Source: an uncultured archaeon (GTDB taxonomy: Archaea; Thermoproteota; Nitrososphaeria; JACIWG01). Taken from it: a DNA stretch of 64,000 bases. Shown one piece after another: positions 18,567-28,911 of this stretch. Within the stretch, counting starts at the first letter, position 1. The number at the start of each line of letters is the position of its first letter. Below the pieces are notes generated by a model that saw nothing but the letters and a program-made list of their open reading frames with translations, did no database searches and was not told the origin of the DNA. The stretch is taken from positions 562-64,561 of the forward strand of contig CALHLD010000026.1 of NCBI GenBank assembly GCA_938034445.1. Reading direction: 5' to 3'. Position numbers and translations under genes: made by a program.

Positions 18567-20327
18567 CTATTTTCGTTTCCTAAGTAATAGTCCCACTATA
18601 GCTACGGCAACAACTACTATAGCTAAAGCCAAAATTGTTGGAGTATAATCTGGCTGAGTAGGTTGTGTTGTTGTCACCGTAGTTATGACTGTTGTAGTTG
18701 GTACTGTAGTCGTGACGACTGTAGTGGTTGTTGGAGGCGGTGAAGTTATAGTTTCTTCATAAATGTATGTATTAACTAGAGCGTCCCAGAACACGTATCT
18801 TCCAACAGGAATGTCGGTGCCCTTTATGTTTCTCGACTTCACGTTCAAGAAAACTACATTGTACAATGGTATTTCTGGAAGTTCACTTGTCAATATCTCC
18901 TCAAGTTTCTGTAGAAGCTCTGTTTGTTTTGTTGGGGAAGGTTCTCTCATCCATGAATCAAGTAATTGGTCGACTTGTGGATTACGGTATAGCATTGTGT
19001 TAGAAAATGCTACACCCGGCTGTATCCATGATGAATGGAAGAGCTGGTATGACCACATTGGTTCAACCCAACGTTTTACTAGAACAAAATCGTACTGATA
19101 TTTTGTCTCCAAGTCTAACATTGTTCCAAAGTCCACTCTCTTTAACACAACTTCTATTCCAACTTTGGAAAGTTGGTCTTTGATTAGGTCTGCTACAGCT
19201 GCCTCTTCAGCTTCACCTGTTCTTGTTAATAATTCTATTTTGAATCTTTTACCATCTGCACCTTTAGTGTATCCTGCCTTGTCGAGAAGTTCGTTTGCCT
19301 TTTCAAGGCTGTAATCGTATTTTGCAAGATTCGGAGATTCTGGAATAGTTGCTGGGAGTATCCGGTATGTTGGTGTACATAATCCTAATGTTGCCTTTTG
19401 AACTATATCTTTTCTATCTAACGCGTAGGATATGGCTCTTCTCACATCAGGATTGCCTAATATGGTGTGGTTTGTGTTAATCTGTAGTGTCATCTTGTAA
19501 GGTGGTCTCTGGTGCGCTATCACTTCAAGATTCGGGTTTGTGCCAAGTTTTGCTGCTGCCTCATACGGTAAACCTCTGAACACATAGTTTACTTCTCCTG
19601 TTTCGAGTGCTGAAACCATTGTCATTGGATCAGTTATAAATCTGATGATCAGCTTTTCAAGGTATGGTTTACCTTTGTCCCAATAGTTGGGGTTTCTTTC
19701 TAAAAGTATGTGGCTTCCCTTTACCCATTCCTTAAATACAAACGGCCCTGTACCAATAGGCTTCGTTCTGAACTCGCTTTTTTCGAAATCTTGTCCTTCT
19801 AGTATATGTTTTGGAACTATTGCTGTATCAACTGAAGCTAATAGAGTTAACTGTACGGCTGGAAGTAGCTGTTCGACTTTTAATTTGACGGCTGTCTCAT
19901 TTAATATTTCCACTTTAGCGTTCTTAAAGTATGCTGCACCGAATATATCGTACTTTGAGATTATTTTTTCGAAAGAGAATTTCACATCCTCTGGTCCAAA
20001 GGGTTTTCCATCATGCCATGTAACCCCCTTACGTAAGTTGAAGACATACGCGTTTTCGTTTTCTAAAATTTTCCACGATTCTGCAAGGCTTGGTATAATT
20101 TTTAGGTTTGTATCTGTATTTAATAGTGAGTCAAATATTTGTGCAGCCACAAAGGATGCATGCCATGCTCCGGTTGTTGGGTCAATGACCTTTGGTTCCG
20201 CGACCAGTCCGATAACAATTTGTCCTCCAACCTTAGGCTTTGTTAGTGCTTGTGAAGCTATTGATGTAATTAGTATCAGTAGTAGGGTTGCTAAAGCTAT
20301 TTTCCAATATTGTTTTTTCCTTTGCAT
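18567..20327 (-). CDS. oppA: Peptide ABC transporter substrate-binding protein (family 5) with Thr-rich linker and C-terminal anchor
   Basis: LAESW, F.LR.GV.WHDG.PF...DV.FS, PIGTGPF, NPNYW; Thr/Pro linker, TM helix, RKRK tail. Confidence 0.93.
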   Translation of the reverse strand: MQRKKQYWKIALATLLLILITSIASQALTKPKVGGQIVIGLVAEPKVIDPTTGAWHASFVAAQIFDSLLNTDTNLKIIPSLAESWKILENENAYVFNLRKGVTWHDGKPFGPEDVKFSFEKIISKYDIFGAAYFKNAKVEILNETAVKLKVEQLLPAVQLTLLASVDTAIVPKHILEGQDFEKSEFRTKPIGTGPFVFKEWVKGSHILLERNPNYWDKGKPYLEKLIIRFITDPMTMVSALETGEVNYVFRGLPYEAAAKLGTNPNLEVIAHQRPPYKMTLQINTNHTILGNPDVRRAISYALDRKDIVQKATLGLCTPTYRILPATIPESPNLAKYDYSLEKANELLDKAGYTKGADGKRFKIELLTRTGEAEEAAVADLIKDQLSKVGIEVVLKRVDFGTMLDLETKYQYDFVLVKRWVEPMWSYQLFHSSWIQPGVAFSNTMLYRNPQVDQLLDSWMREPSPTKQTELLQKLEEILTSELPEIPLYNVVFLNVKSRNIKGTDIPVGRYVFWDALVNTYIYEETITSPPPTTTTVVTTTVPTTTVITTVTTTQPTQPDYTPTILALAIVVVAVAIVGLLLRKRK

Positions 20328-20446
20328 CTTCGAAACTGAAGGAGCTACATTATTTAAACTTTACTATAACTTCAATGTGATAAATCAAATTTGGAATAAA
20401 ATCTCTTACAAAATATAATATATTGAAAAATATTTTATTAAAAATT

Positions 20447-21469
20447 TTAAAATATAAGTTCGAAATGCGAATCCTTTTCTCTTAAATAAGCTTTGTTAGC
20501 TAAAGCTAAATATTTAAAATACTGTGTCTCCACTCTTTCTCTAATATTATCTAAGGCTTCAACTATATTGTTTTTCTGTTCAACAAAGTAAATATCTACA
20601 CTCCTATTATCCAATTTTACAGCTATAACTAGTCCTAGATTTTCCATTTCATGCATTAGTGGATAGAATACAAAGTTTCCAAGACTATAGAAGACCAATT
20701 TACCATTACATGATTCTATTGGCTGTATCGCATGAGGGTGTCCACCAACTATCATATCTCCTCCAAAGTCTATGATATTTTTAGCAAGTTCCTTAACATA
20801 TTCGAGGACAACTTTATTGTATGGTGCTAATCCAACACCCCAATGTGGGTGTATAATCAAATAGTCTAATTTTCTTTTATTGTTGTATATAATGTTTTTA
20901 AGGTATTCCATATCCTCTTTTAATATTTCCCCTTTGACAATATATGGTGGTGCAGGCTCTTCTAAAACTTCTCTTGGATCAAGGTTGATTCTTGTTACCA
21001 CTCTTAGGCCTGCAACCCCCGGCTTATCTCCTCTGCTTAATGCTTCTGGAGCATATGTTGTGGTCAGGCCTATTATTCCAATCTTTTTTTCATCAAAATC
21101 TAATGTGCAAGGTGAAAATGCTTCCCCTATCGTTTTCCCATAACCATAATTCATTATTTTTTCTTTTGCAAGGATTTCCCTGGTATAGTCTGCTGCCTTT
21201 TCTCCATAATCCATTATATGGTTATTTGCTAATGAGACTGCTTTAATGTTCATTTTTTTAAGAAAGTCAACTATCTCAGGTTTCGTTTTTAGTGCTGAAT
21301 ATTTGTTCATTGGTTTTAACTCTTTATCTACGACTATTGGTGTTTCAAGGTTTGCTATAACATATTTGCTGTGACTAAAAATTTTTTCTAACTTTTCTCC
21401 AATAAATAAATTTGAGGGATCATCCGCATATATGTCCCCACAGAAGCATAGATCGTACTCTTCTATCAT
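20447..21469 (-). CDS. CapA/PGA_cap metallophosphoesterase-fold protein
   Basis: GD, NLE, SLANNHIMDYG, HWG, GGHPHAIQ, YSLGNF. Confidence 0.92.
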   Translation of the reverse strand: MIEEYDLCFCGDIYADDPSNLFIGEKLEKIFSHSKYVIANLETPIVVDKELKPMNKYSALKTKPEIVDFLKKMNIKAVSLANNHIMDYGEKAADYTREILAKEKIMNYGYGKTIGEAFSPCTLDFDEKKIGIIGLTTTYAPEALSRGDKPGVAGLRVVTRINLDPREVLEEPAPPYIVKGEILKEDMEYLKNIIYNNKRKLDYLIIHPHWGVGLAPYNKVVLEYVKELAKNIIDFGGDMIVGGHPHAIQPIESCNGKLVFYSLGNFVFYPLMHEMENLGLVIAVKLDNRSVDIYFVEQKNNIVEALDNIRERVETQYFKYLALANKAYLREKDSHFELIF

Positions 21470-22677
21470 TTAAACCAAGTCTGTTTAATTACACGAAATG
21501 CATTCTCTCCGACAACTTTTGCAATCTCTTGGTCAGAATATCCATGCTTTACGAGCCATCTTACTATGTTGGGGTATTCGGATGGATTTTCTAGACCATC
21601 TACAAATGGCACTTCCTGAAATTCTGGAAGGTTATCTCTAAACGCTGAGGTTATAGAAAGTTCTTTTGCAAATGTGTGGTGTAATGCTACATGGTCTCCG
21701 AATAGTGTGTCTGGGCCGAATGCTACATGGTTTATTCCAACCAGTTTCACAATATATTCAAAATGTTCCATTACACTTTCAATTGAGTGTCTTCTATTGT
21801 TGTAGGTTAAGGTTGTATGTGGTGCGGCTTCGACACCTATTACGCCACCTTTTTCTGCCAATGATTGTATCACATTATCTGGCTTCATTCTTCTTGAAGG
21901 CCATAGTGCTCTCGCTCCTGCATGTGTTATAAAGACAGGCTTTTTGCTTGCTTCAATCACATCTAAAGATGCTTTATCACTTGAATGTGATATGTCAATG
22001 GCTATTCCAAGCTTATTCATTCTTTCAACTAAGTTGTACCCCTGGTCTGATAATCCTCCATCATGTTTGTTGGCTATACCGGAAGCAAATTCATTGCCTT
22101 CACTGTATGTGATGCCCATCACCCTGACACCGAACCCGTACAAGACGTCAACCTTATCAAGTTCTGTCCCTATGTGTGGTGTTGACTCTAAGTGTATAAC
22201 TATGGCTGTTTTTCCTTCCTCATGTGCTTTAGGTATGTCATCCACTCTTTTTGCTATAAATGCTAGATCTTGGTGGTCAACGTCTGATATAAACATTCCA
22301 ATCTGGTGTACAACATTTTCCCATGCCCAAGCATCTGGTGATTTAGCCAAAGCTACACCATCACTTAATGCTGCAAATATTACATCGAGGCCAGATGCAG
22401 CAATACCCTCGTATCCTGTAAATAATCGCCCCCTTCTCAGATATTCAACTGTTTCAGAAGGGTCTTCTGGGAAGACTTCAAGATGGTCATGTGTTGAGAT
22501 GGTTAAATATTTTTCAAATATTTCTTGGACCCTTTCCTCCTCCGTTTTAGATAAGGGTATGATTGTTGAGTTTACTCTCCCAACCTGTTTCGCGAGTTTG
22601 AATTCTCTGTAATCTTTTCCAGCTTCGAGATAACTGAACGACTGGTATCCATCATACTTTTTTCTTTTTGATGTCAT
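21466..22677 (-). CDS. Membrane (renal-type, M19) dipeptidase
   Basis: HDH, GLS..G...V..MN.LG...DISH, THA, HVAFGPD, G.N..RV. Confidence 0.93.
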   Translation of the reverse strand: MTSKRKKYDGYQSFSYLEAGKDYREFKLAKQVGRVNSTIIPLSKTEEERVQEIFEKYLTISTHDHLEVFPEDPSETVEYLRRGRLFTGYEGIAASGLDVIFAALSDGVALAKSPDAWAWENVVHQIGMFISDVDHQDLAFIAKRVDDIPKAHEEGKTAIVIHLESTPHIGTELDKVDVLYGFGVRVMGITYSEGNEFASGIANKHDGGLSDQGYNLVERMNKLGIAIDISHSSDKASLDVIEASKKPVFITHAGARALWPSRRMKPDNVIQSLAEKGGVIGVEAAPHTTLTYNNRRHSIESVMEHFEYIVKLVGINHVAFGPDTLFGDHVALHHTFAKELSITSAFRDNLPEFQEVPFVDGLENPSEYPNIVRWLVKHGYSDQEIAKVVGENAFRVIKQTWFK

Positions 22678-22729
22678 TGCGCCCCTTTACATTTAGACAG
22701 TTTATAAATCTTAATTACATGCTTGAAGA

Positions 22730-23719
22730 CTATTTTCTGTTAAAAAGATGGCATAAAACATAATGTTCCGAACCGATTTCAATCCTATCCGGTTCTATCT
22801 TGTCACATAAGTCAAACCTATATTGACATCTTGGATGGAATCTACATCCCTTTGGAGGATTTACTGGAGAAGGTGGTTCACCTTCAAGTGTGGGTAATGT
22901 CTTTGTTTTAGCGCTTTTTGGGTCTGGTGGTGGAATAGACTCGAGTAGGCCTAAGGTGTATGGGTGTTTTGGTTCATTAAATATTCTTTCAGCCGGCCCC
23001 TCTTCTACAACCTTACCTGCGTACATCACACTTATCTTGTCAGCTATACTTTTTAGTAAAGGAAGTTCATGACTAATTATTATGTAGGTTAAATTGTATT
23101 TTTCCTTCAAATCTATTAGTAGATTAAGTATCTGCGCCTTTATCGTAACATCTAGCGCTGCTGTTGGTTCATCTAATATTACTACCTTAGGTTTGAGTGC
23201 TAATGCTCTGGCTATGCATACTCTCTGCCTTTGTCCTCCACTCAGCTGATGGGAGTAACGGTTTAAGAATTCTTTTGGTGGTATTAGTCCTACTTCTTCC
23301 AAAAGTCTTTCTATTGTATCCATTTCTATTTTTGCATTGTGTACTTTGAAGGGTTTTTCTAAAATATCTTTAACAGTTTTTCTAGGATTTAAGGATGAAA
23401 ATGGGTCTTGAAATACTGCTTGAACATTCTTTCTAAAATCTTTCGCGTTCCCACCATTTGATAATATTTTGGTTAAGTCTTTACCTAAAAATTCTATTTT
23501 TCCTTCTGTCGGTTGTTCTAGGCCTAAAAGCATTTTTGTGACCGTCGTTTTCCCGCTTCCAGATTCCCCAACTACACAGTATGTTTCCCCCTCCTTTATC
23601 AGAAAGTTCACACCATCTACAGCTTTAATATAGGCTTTTTTGAATAACCCTGTCTTTACTAAATAATATTTTTTTAAATCTTGTATTGAAAAAATTGTTT
23701 GTCTCATAATTTCCAGCAC
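22730..23719 (-). CDS. oppF: Oligopeptide ABC transporter ATPase
   Basis: GESGSGKTT, LSGGQRQR, PKHPYT, GCRFHPRC. Confidence 0.93.
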   Translation of the reverse strand: MLEIMRQTIFSIQDLKKYYLVKTGLFKKAYIKAVDGVNFLIKEGETYCVVGESGSGKTTVTKMLLGLEQPTEGKIEFLGKDLTKILSNGGNAKDFRKNVQAVFQDPFSSLNPRKTVKDILEKPFKVHNAKIEMDTIERLLEEVGLIPPKEFLNRYSHQLSGGQRQRVCIARALALKPKVVILDEPTAALDVTIKAQILNLLIDLKEKYNLTYIIISHELPLLKSIADKISVMYAGKVVEEGPAERIFNEPKHPYTLGLLESIPPPDPKSAKTKTLPTLEGEPPSPVNPPKGCRFHPRCQYRFDLCDKIEPDRIEIGSEHYVLCHLFNRK

Positions 23720-24681
23720 CTAACTTTCTTTAAACCATCATATTCAATGAGTGGCGGCTCCTTTTCACATTCTTGAGCACTATTTTTGCACTTGCCTAGA
23801 AAGTTGCATCTTTGTCCTACTTTCGAATTTTCTTCCTTTTCTGTCAAAGAAGCTATTTTATCTTTTAATTTTTTCACTTCTCCCTGATATATTGCTTGGG
23901 ATGATGTGATAAGCATTTTAGTATAGGGGTGTACTGGATTTGTGAATATTCCTTCTGCAGCGTCTTCTTCGACTATCTGTCCATTGTACATTACATAAAT
24001 TCTATCCGCTAAATATGATGTCAGACTTAGGTCATGAGTTATTAGAATTATGGAAAGATTATATTCTTTTCTTAAATTATTTAATAGTTTAAGAATCTGC
24101 GCCTGAATTGTGAGATCTAATGCTGTGGTAGGTTCGTCTGCGATCAATAGTTTTGGGTTTGCTGATATTGCCATGGCTATAAAAACACGTTGAGCCATTC
24201 CACCACTTAACTGGAAGGGATACATTTTAAGCACTCTTTCCGGATCTGCTATCCTCACCTTTTTCAACAACTCTATTGCTTGTGCTTGTGCCTCTTTATC
24301 AGATATTTTCGGATTGTGTGCTTTAAGTGCTTCAGAAATTTGCTCTCCCACTGAAATTATTGGATTAAGATACGATATTGGGTCCTGAAATATTACTGTC
24401 ACATCTCTTCCTCTAATTTCACTCATGAATTTTTCGTCAGCTTTTAAAATGTCTTTCCCATCGAATAAGATCTCCTTTGCAGAAATTTTTGCATATGGTG
24501 GCAATAGTCCCATGATCGCCATTGCAACTGTAGACTTGCCACTTCCCGATTCTCCAACCAGTGCAACACATTCTCCTTTTCTTACATAAAATGAAACATT
24601 TTTTACCGCGTCCACTTTATAATCTGTTAGAAGGTATTCAACATTTAACTCTTCAACTTTAAGCAAAAGATTATTTTCCAA
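23704..24681 (-). CDS. oppD: Oligopeptide ABC transporter ATPase
   Basis: GESGSGKST, IFQDP, LSGGMAQR, ADEPTTALD. Confidence 0.93.
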   Translation of the reverse strand: MENNLLLKVEELNVEYLLTDYKVDAVKNVSFYVRKGECVALVGESGSGKSTVAMAIMGLLPPYAKISAKEILFDGKDILKADEKFMSEIRGRDVTVIFQDPISYLNPIISVGEQISEALKAHNPKISDKEAQAQAIELLKKVRIADPERVLKMYPFQLSGGMAQRVFIAMAISANPKLLIADEPTTALDLTIQAQILKLLNNLRKEYNLSIILITHDLSLTSYLADRIYVMYNGQIVEEDAAEGIFTNPVHPYTKMLITSSQAIYQGEVKKLKDKIASLTEKEENSKVGQRCNFLGKCKNSAQECEKEPPLIEYDGLKKVRCWKL

Positions 24682-24687
24682 CCACTA

Positions 24688-25506
24688 TCACCTCACACTT
24701 TTTGGGTTGAATAAATCGTTTAATCCGTCGGCCAATAAATTTACTGAAAGAACTGTAGCGGTTATGAAAAGGCTTGGAAAAAGTAATGTCCACCAACCGC
24801 CCACATAAATTGCTTGTCTTGCTATAGCTAATATTCTGCCCCAACTTGCTGTATTAGGGTCTCCTAGTCCTAGGAAGCTTAATCCTGCCTCAACTAATAT
24901 TGCGTCCGACATTTGTAGCGCTGCGGCAACAAGAACTGGTGGCATAACATTTGGTAAAATCTCATTGAACATGATGTCAAGGTTTCCAGAGCCTAAAACT
25001 TTTGCCGCTTGCACATATTCTCTCTCCTTAATAGAAAGGACTTCAGCCCTCACTATACGTGCAATTGTAGGCCATGAAAATATGCTTAGAATTAATATTA
25101 TGTTAGTTAAGGTTGGTCCAAAAATTATAACAGCAAAAATTATTAAAATGAATCTTGGAATAGAAAGGAAGAAGTCTGTTACACGCATCAAAAGTTGGTC
25201 AAGTTTTCCTCCAAAATATCCTGCTGGTAAGCCAATAAGAATAGATATTATAACAGTTAAGCCTGTTGAGACAATGCCAACAAACAGGGCTGTACGTATT
25301 CCATATAGTGTCCAAGAAAATATGTCTCTACCCAATTGATCTGTACCCATAGGAAACTGTGAAGAAGGTTCAGTAAGGCCAGGCGCATATCCTGTTCTAA
25401 GCGGCTCCTTATCTGTTAACACCCCTGCAGTAAGTCCTAAAAAGACTATAATTGAAAGTAATGTAATCGATATTGCCAATGAACGGGATCTCCTAAATAG
25501 GTTCAC
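24688..25506 (-). CDS. oppC: Oligopeptide ABC permease
   Basis: GTDQLGRD, EYVQAA..LG, LSFLGLG...SWG. Confidence 0.93.
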   Translation of the reverse strand: MNLFRRSRSLAISITLLSIIVFLGLTAGVLTDKEPLRTGYAPGLTEPSSQFPMGTDQLGRDIFSWTLYGIRTALFVGIVSTGLTVIISILIGLPAGYFGGKLDQLLMRVTDFFLSIPRFILIIFAVIIFGPTLTNIILILSIFSWPTIARIVRAEVLSIKEREYVQAAKVLGSGNLDIMFNEILPNVMPPVLVAAALQMSDAILVEAGLSFLGLGDPNTASWGRILAIARQAIYVGGWWTLLFPSLFITATVLSVNLLADGLNDLFNPKSVR

Positions 25507-25510
25507 ATAA

Positions 25511-26488
25511 TCACCTCAATTTTACTCTCGGGTCCACGTAAGTGTAAATTATGTCAGTAATTATATTAGCAATGATTACAGAAATAGAAGTTAATACAAA
25601 TATACCATTTAAAAGCGGAAAATCTCTTGCTTCTATCGCCTCTATCGTTAATCTTCCAACACCAGGCCAAGAAAATATTGTTTCAGTTATAACAACCCCA
25701 CCTATTATTAACCCCAACTGGATTCCTGCAACTGTGATTATGGGCAAAAGCGCATTTTTTAATGCATGCTTAAATAGAATTCTCCTCCATTTTAATCCAC
25801 GTGCCTTTGCAGCGATAATATAGTTGGAATAAAGTGCCTCAATCATAGATGTTCTCGTAAGCTTAACATAGGTTGCCATTTGTATAAGTGCTAATGATAT
25901 TGAAGGTAGAGCTAAATGCCATAATACATCACGCACATAATTTATTGGATCGTCTGGTGAAACACCAATACTCACGTATCCACTTAATGGGAAAAGCCTG
26001 TACTGAATAACAAGAAATAATATTAAAAATTGTGCGAGGGCAAAAATGGGTATAGAATAAAAGATTAAGCTCAGAGATGATATAACATTATCTGCTACAG
26101 TATCTTTTCTTATTGCTGCAACAACACCCAATACTATGCCAAAGAATATTGCAATAAGTGCACCAGTGCCTGCTAAAAGAAGTGTTGTAGGCACTCTTTC
26201 TAAAATAACATTAAGAACAGGTCTTTTAAAAGTAAATGAGTATCCGAAATCTCCAGTAAACAATTTACCTAAGTATATCATTAGTTGCTCATGTAGAGGC
26301 TTATTTAATCCATAAATTTCTCTAATCATTTCAATATACTCTTTTGTGGCAGTCTCACCTGCCATGAGCACTGCAGGATCTCCGGGCGCAAGCTTCAATA
26401 AGATGAATGTGAATATAATTACAGCTGGAACCATTACAAGCCCAATCAGAATTCTTTTCAAAAGGTATTCTTTAGTTCCACCTGGCAT
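25511..26488 (-). CDS. oppB: Oligopeptide ABC permease
   Basis: PGDP, GDFGYS, A.ARGL, HALKNA, ETIFSWPGVG, DPR. Confidence 0.93.
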   Translation of the reverse strand: MPGGTKEYLLKRILIGLVMVPAVIIFTFILLKLAPGDPAVLMAGETATKEYIEMIREIYGLNKPLHEQLMIYLGKLFTGDFGYSFTFKRPVLNVILERVPTTLLLAGTGALIAIFFGIVLGVVAAIRKDTVADNVISSLSLIFYSIPIFALAQFLILFLVIQYRLFPLSGYVSIGVSPDDPINYVRDVLWHLALPSISLALIQMATYVKLTRTSMIEALYSNYIIAAKARGLKWRRILFKHALKNALLPIITVAGIQLGLIIGGVVITETIFSWPGVGRLTIEAIEARDFPLLNGIFVLTSISVIIANIITDIIYTYVDPRVKLR

Positions 26489-26490
26489 AA

Positions 26491-27231
26491 CTAACCCAGC
26501 AGATGTTTTAATTTATTATAATCTGGCTTTGGAAAACTTCTAATACTCTGTTTAAGATTAAGAGAAAGTAACATTTCAGCCGTTTTTAAAGAAACTTTAA
26601 CAGGGTTTATTACTGGCAAATCAGTTTTATTCTTCAGAAGTTCATCAACAAGTGCATAACCCATTGACATACAGCCTAAAACTACAGCATCTCCACCTTT
26701 TTCTTTAACAGTATCGAGTATGAGTTCAGCAAGCTTCTTAGAAGCCTCCTCCCTATTTTCTATAAACTTTACAACAGGAATATTTGCCGGAACTATTGCC
26801 GTAACTTTTTCAGTAAAACCATATGAATTGATCATGTGTCTTGTAAGTATAACAGTGCTTTCTAAAGGTGAAACAACTATGAACTCGTCAGCCAACTGTG
26901 ATGCAAGATGTAATGTGGATTCAGCTGGTCCGACCACAAGTTTATTTACAAGTTCTCTAGCAGCCCGTAGTCCAGGGTCTCCAAAACATCCTATAACAAA
27001 TGCATCATATGAATTCTGTAAACTATATATTTTCGAAAGATACGAAGATGCAGCAAACGCTTCTTCTACACAATTTTCTATTGTAAGCGGCCCACTATCA
27101 ACACAAACTATATCAACAGTTGAATTTTCAACAATTTTGTTTGCTATATTCTTTCTTCTTTCAGCCTCTTCAGATGATAGTCCTATCCCAGGAATCACAT
27201 ACCCAATTCGATATTTCCTTGATACAGCCAT
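26491..27231 (-). CDS. Asp/Glu/hydantoin racemase family protein
   Basis: Two catalytic Cys motifs, GCFGDPG and VLGCMSM; PVINPV. Confidence 0.9.
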   Translation of the reverse strand: MAVSRKYRIGYVIPGIGLSSEEAERRKNIANKIVENSTVDIVCVDSGPLTIENCVEEAFAASSYLSKIYSLQNSYDAFVIGCFGDPGLRAARELVNKLVVGPAESTLHLASQLADEFIVVSPLESTVILTRHMINSYGFTEKVTAIVPANIPVVKFIENREEASKKLAELILDTVKEKGGDAVVLGCMSMGYALVDELLKNKTDLPVINPVKVSLKTAEMLLSLNLKQSIRSFPKPDYNKLKHLLG

Positions 27232-27331
27232 CTAGATTCCCATTCTCTCATAAAAATGGCCTATATAAATTTAAACTCAACAAAAGCATAAATTGAAAAC
27301 ATTTTTATTTATAAAAAAATTATCCTATTGT

Positions 27332-27517
27332 ATGCCAAAACCAAAAGTAGATCAAGACACATGTATTGGATGCGGAGCCTGTGTAGCAATATGTCCGGAT
27401 GTATTCGAGTTAGGCGATGACGGTAAGTCACATGTGAAAAATCCTGACGCATGTGATAAGTGTGACTGTCAAGCTGCAGCTGACGGTTGCCCAGTAGGTG
27501 CAATAACATTAGAGTGA
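27332..27517 (+). CDS. fdx: Monocluster [4Fe-4S] ferredoxin
   Basis: MPKPKVDQDTCIGCGACVAICPDVF...CPVGAI; likely start is the ATG at 27332. Confidence 0.93.
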   Translation: MPKPKVDQDTCIGCGACVAICPDVFELGDDGKSHVKNPDACDKCDCQAAADGCPVGAITLE

Positions 27518-27551
27518 TACACAAACAAAAAATTATTACTCCTACCCCCTT

Positions 27552-27827
27552 TTATTTATTCACATTTTCTTGAACTAAAACCTTGGAACTCTGACGAGAT
27601 ATTTCAGAAACTACAGCTATTATGTCACTATCCTTAATCTGCTCCATTCTTGGAATATATTTGTCAATTAAATCGTTCTTCTTTTTAGTAGCAACCATAG
27701 GTTTCAGTAGTAAGCCTTCCTCCAATGGAATAATTTCTAACATTGTCCCATTCCATAACCTATATCTTCTTATAAAAGGTACAGGAATGTTCACATACCC
27801 ATTTCTAATTTTGGTCATTATGGGCAT
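27552..27827 (-). CDS. AbrB/MazE/SpoVT-like DNA-binding protein
   Basis: TKI..G.V.IP...R.Y.L..G..L.......LLLKP pattern. Confidence 0.65.
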   Translation of the reverse strand: MPIMTKIRNGYVNIPVPFIRRYRLWNGTMLEIIPLEEGLLLKPMVATKKKNDLIDKYIPRMEQIKDSDIIAVVSEISRQSSKVLVQENVNK

Positions 27828-27996
27828 GCATTATCAACATTTTTCTATCTTTCCTATATTTAAAAGGGAATAGATAAAAAATTTTTATCAAAAAGGATTT
27901 AAAATTTAGATAAAGTAAAAGTTTATAAAATTTATAATAAAATCTAATAATTAAATATTTTTTAAATTAATTTCATTGTTTTTATTAAAAAAATCA

Positions 27997-28851
27997 TTAA
28001 CTTATAGCTTTCTTGACAGCTGCACTAAAGCTTTCAATATCCTTCCAACCTTCTTCAGCAATCAAGTTGTTAAGTCTCTCCTCATCTATTGGTCGGCCAA
28101 ACTCTTTCTCTAGTTTTCTTCTTAATTCTAATGACTGTGAAAGTTGGACAAGGAATATGTAAAGTTCCATATCAAGCAGTAACGCCTCCTTATAATATAA
28201 TATCAGGACCGCCTTAGCTAACTCTTTGTCCTTAAAACCAAGTAATGCATCAGAAAGCAAGCTTTCAAGCACCTTCTTCTGACTTTCCAAATACTCGTTA
28301 AATATTTGATTTATTTGTTCTGCAAATTTATAATTTTTCAACATATAACCAATTATTTGTTCCAATTGAATATTAAATATTGTCTGATAAAGTACAGCAA
28401 TATGCTTAGAATATTGATAATTCTCTAAGCAAAAATTTAGTGTAAAAAGAAAATCATGCCAAATGGTTTTTAAAATATTCTCTAATATATTTCGTGGATT
28501 ATCCTTTTCGATTATAGCAAATAATCCAGCTGACCTATTCTTTTTATCGAAAAAGCTTTTGAAAATAATGTATATGTCGCCATCAGAAATTGTACTTAAG
28601 TCTATTGCACGGTTTATCTCATAATATGTTGCCGGAGGATATGTTGAAGGATCAACTTTCCTTTTAACTAAATTTTTGTCCATTAAACTTTTTAAACGGT
28701 CACTTAAGGTTCTGGAACTTAGTCCACTTTTTTGTCTCAATTCCTTCCATCTTACTCTTTGCTGCTTACTTAGTATATCTAAAATTATGCTTTCCGTCGC
28801 AATTTTTTGCAGTTTCTGCACTTTAGTGCTCATTGAACTTAGTTTATGCAA
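27997..28851 (-). CDS. Winged-helix (HxlR/ArsR-like) regulator with a large helical C-terminal domain
   Basis: RWKELRQKSGLSSRTLSDRLKSL...LVKR.V....PP...YEI. Confidence 0.75.
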   Translation of the reverse strand: MHKLSSMSTKVQKLQKIATESIILDILSKQQRVRWKELRQKSGLSSRTLSDRLKSLMDKNLVKRKVDPSTYPPATYYEINRAIDLSTISDGDIYIIFKSFFDKKNRSAGLFAIIEKDNPRNILENILKTIWHDFLFTLNFCLENYQYSKHIAVLYQTIFNIQLEQIIGYMLKNYKFAEQINQIFNEYLESQKKVLESLLSDALLGFKDKELAKAVLILYYKEALLLDMELYIFLVQLSQSLELRRKLEKEFGRPIDEERLNNLIAEEGWKDIESFSAAVKKAIS

Positions 28852-28911
28852 AAGCCATTTTAAATTTTTCTAATTAATATGAATTTAACTTAAATTAAGT
28901 TTAACCAAAAC

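Noticed and set aside
18655..18752. Low-complexity gtt/gta repeats
   Set aside because: They encode the Thr/Pro linker of OppA, which is normal for archaeal solute-binding proteins
19687..20418. Long antisense ORFs (also 21944..22612, 26720..27235, 44417..44941, 54104..54712)
   Set aside because: Shadow frames opposite well-supported genes, with no recognisable motifs
21467..21477. 11-nt match (CATTTAAACCA) to the predicted guide of the mini-element, at the capA start
   Set aside because: Short, AT-rich and not preceded by TTAC; compatible with chance
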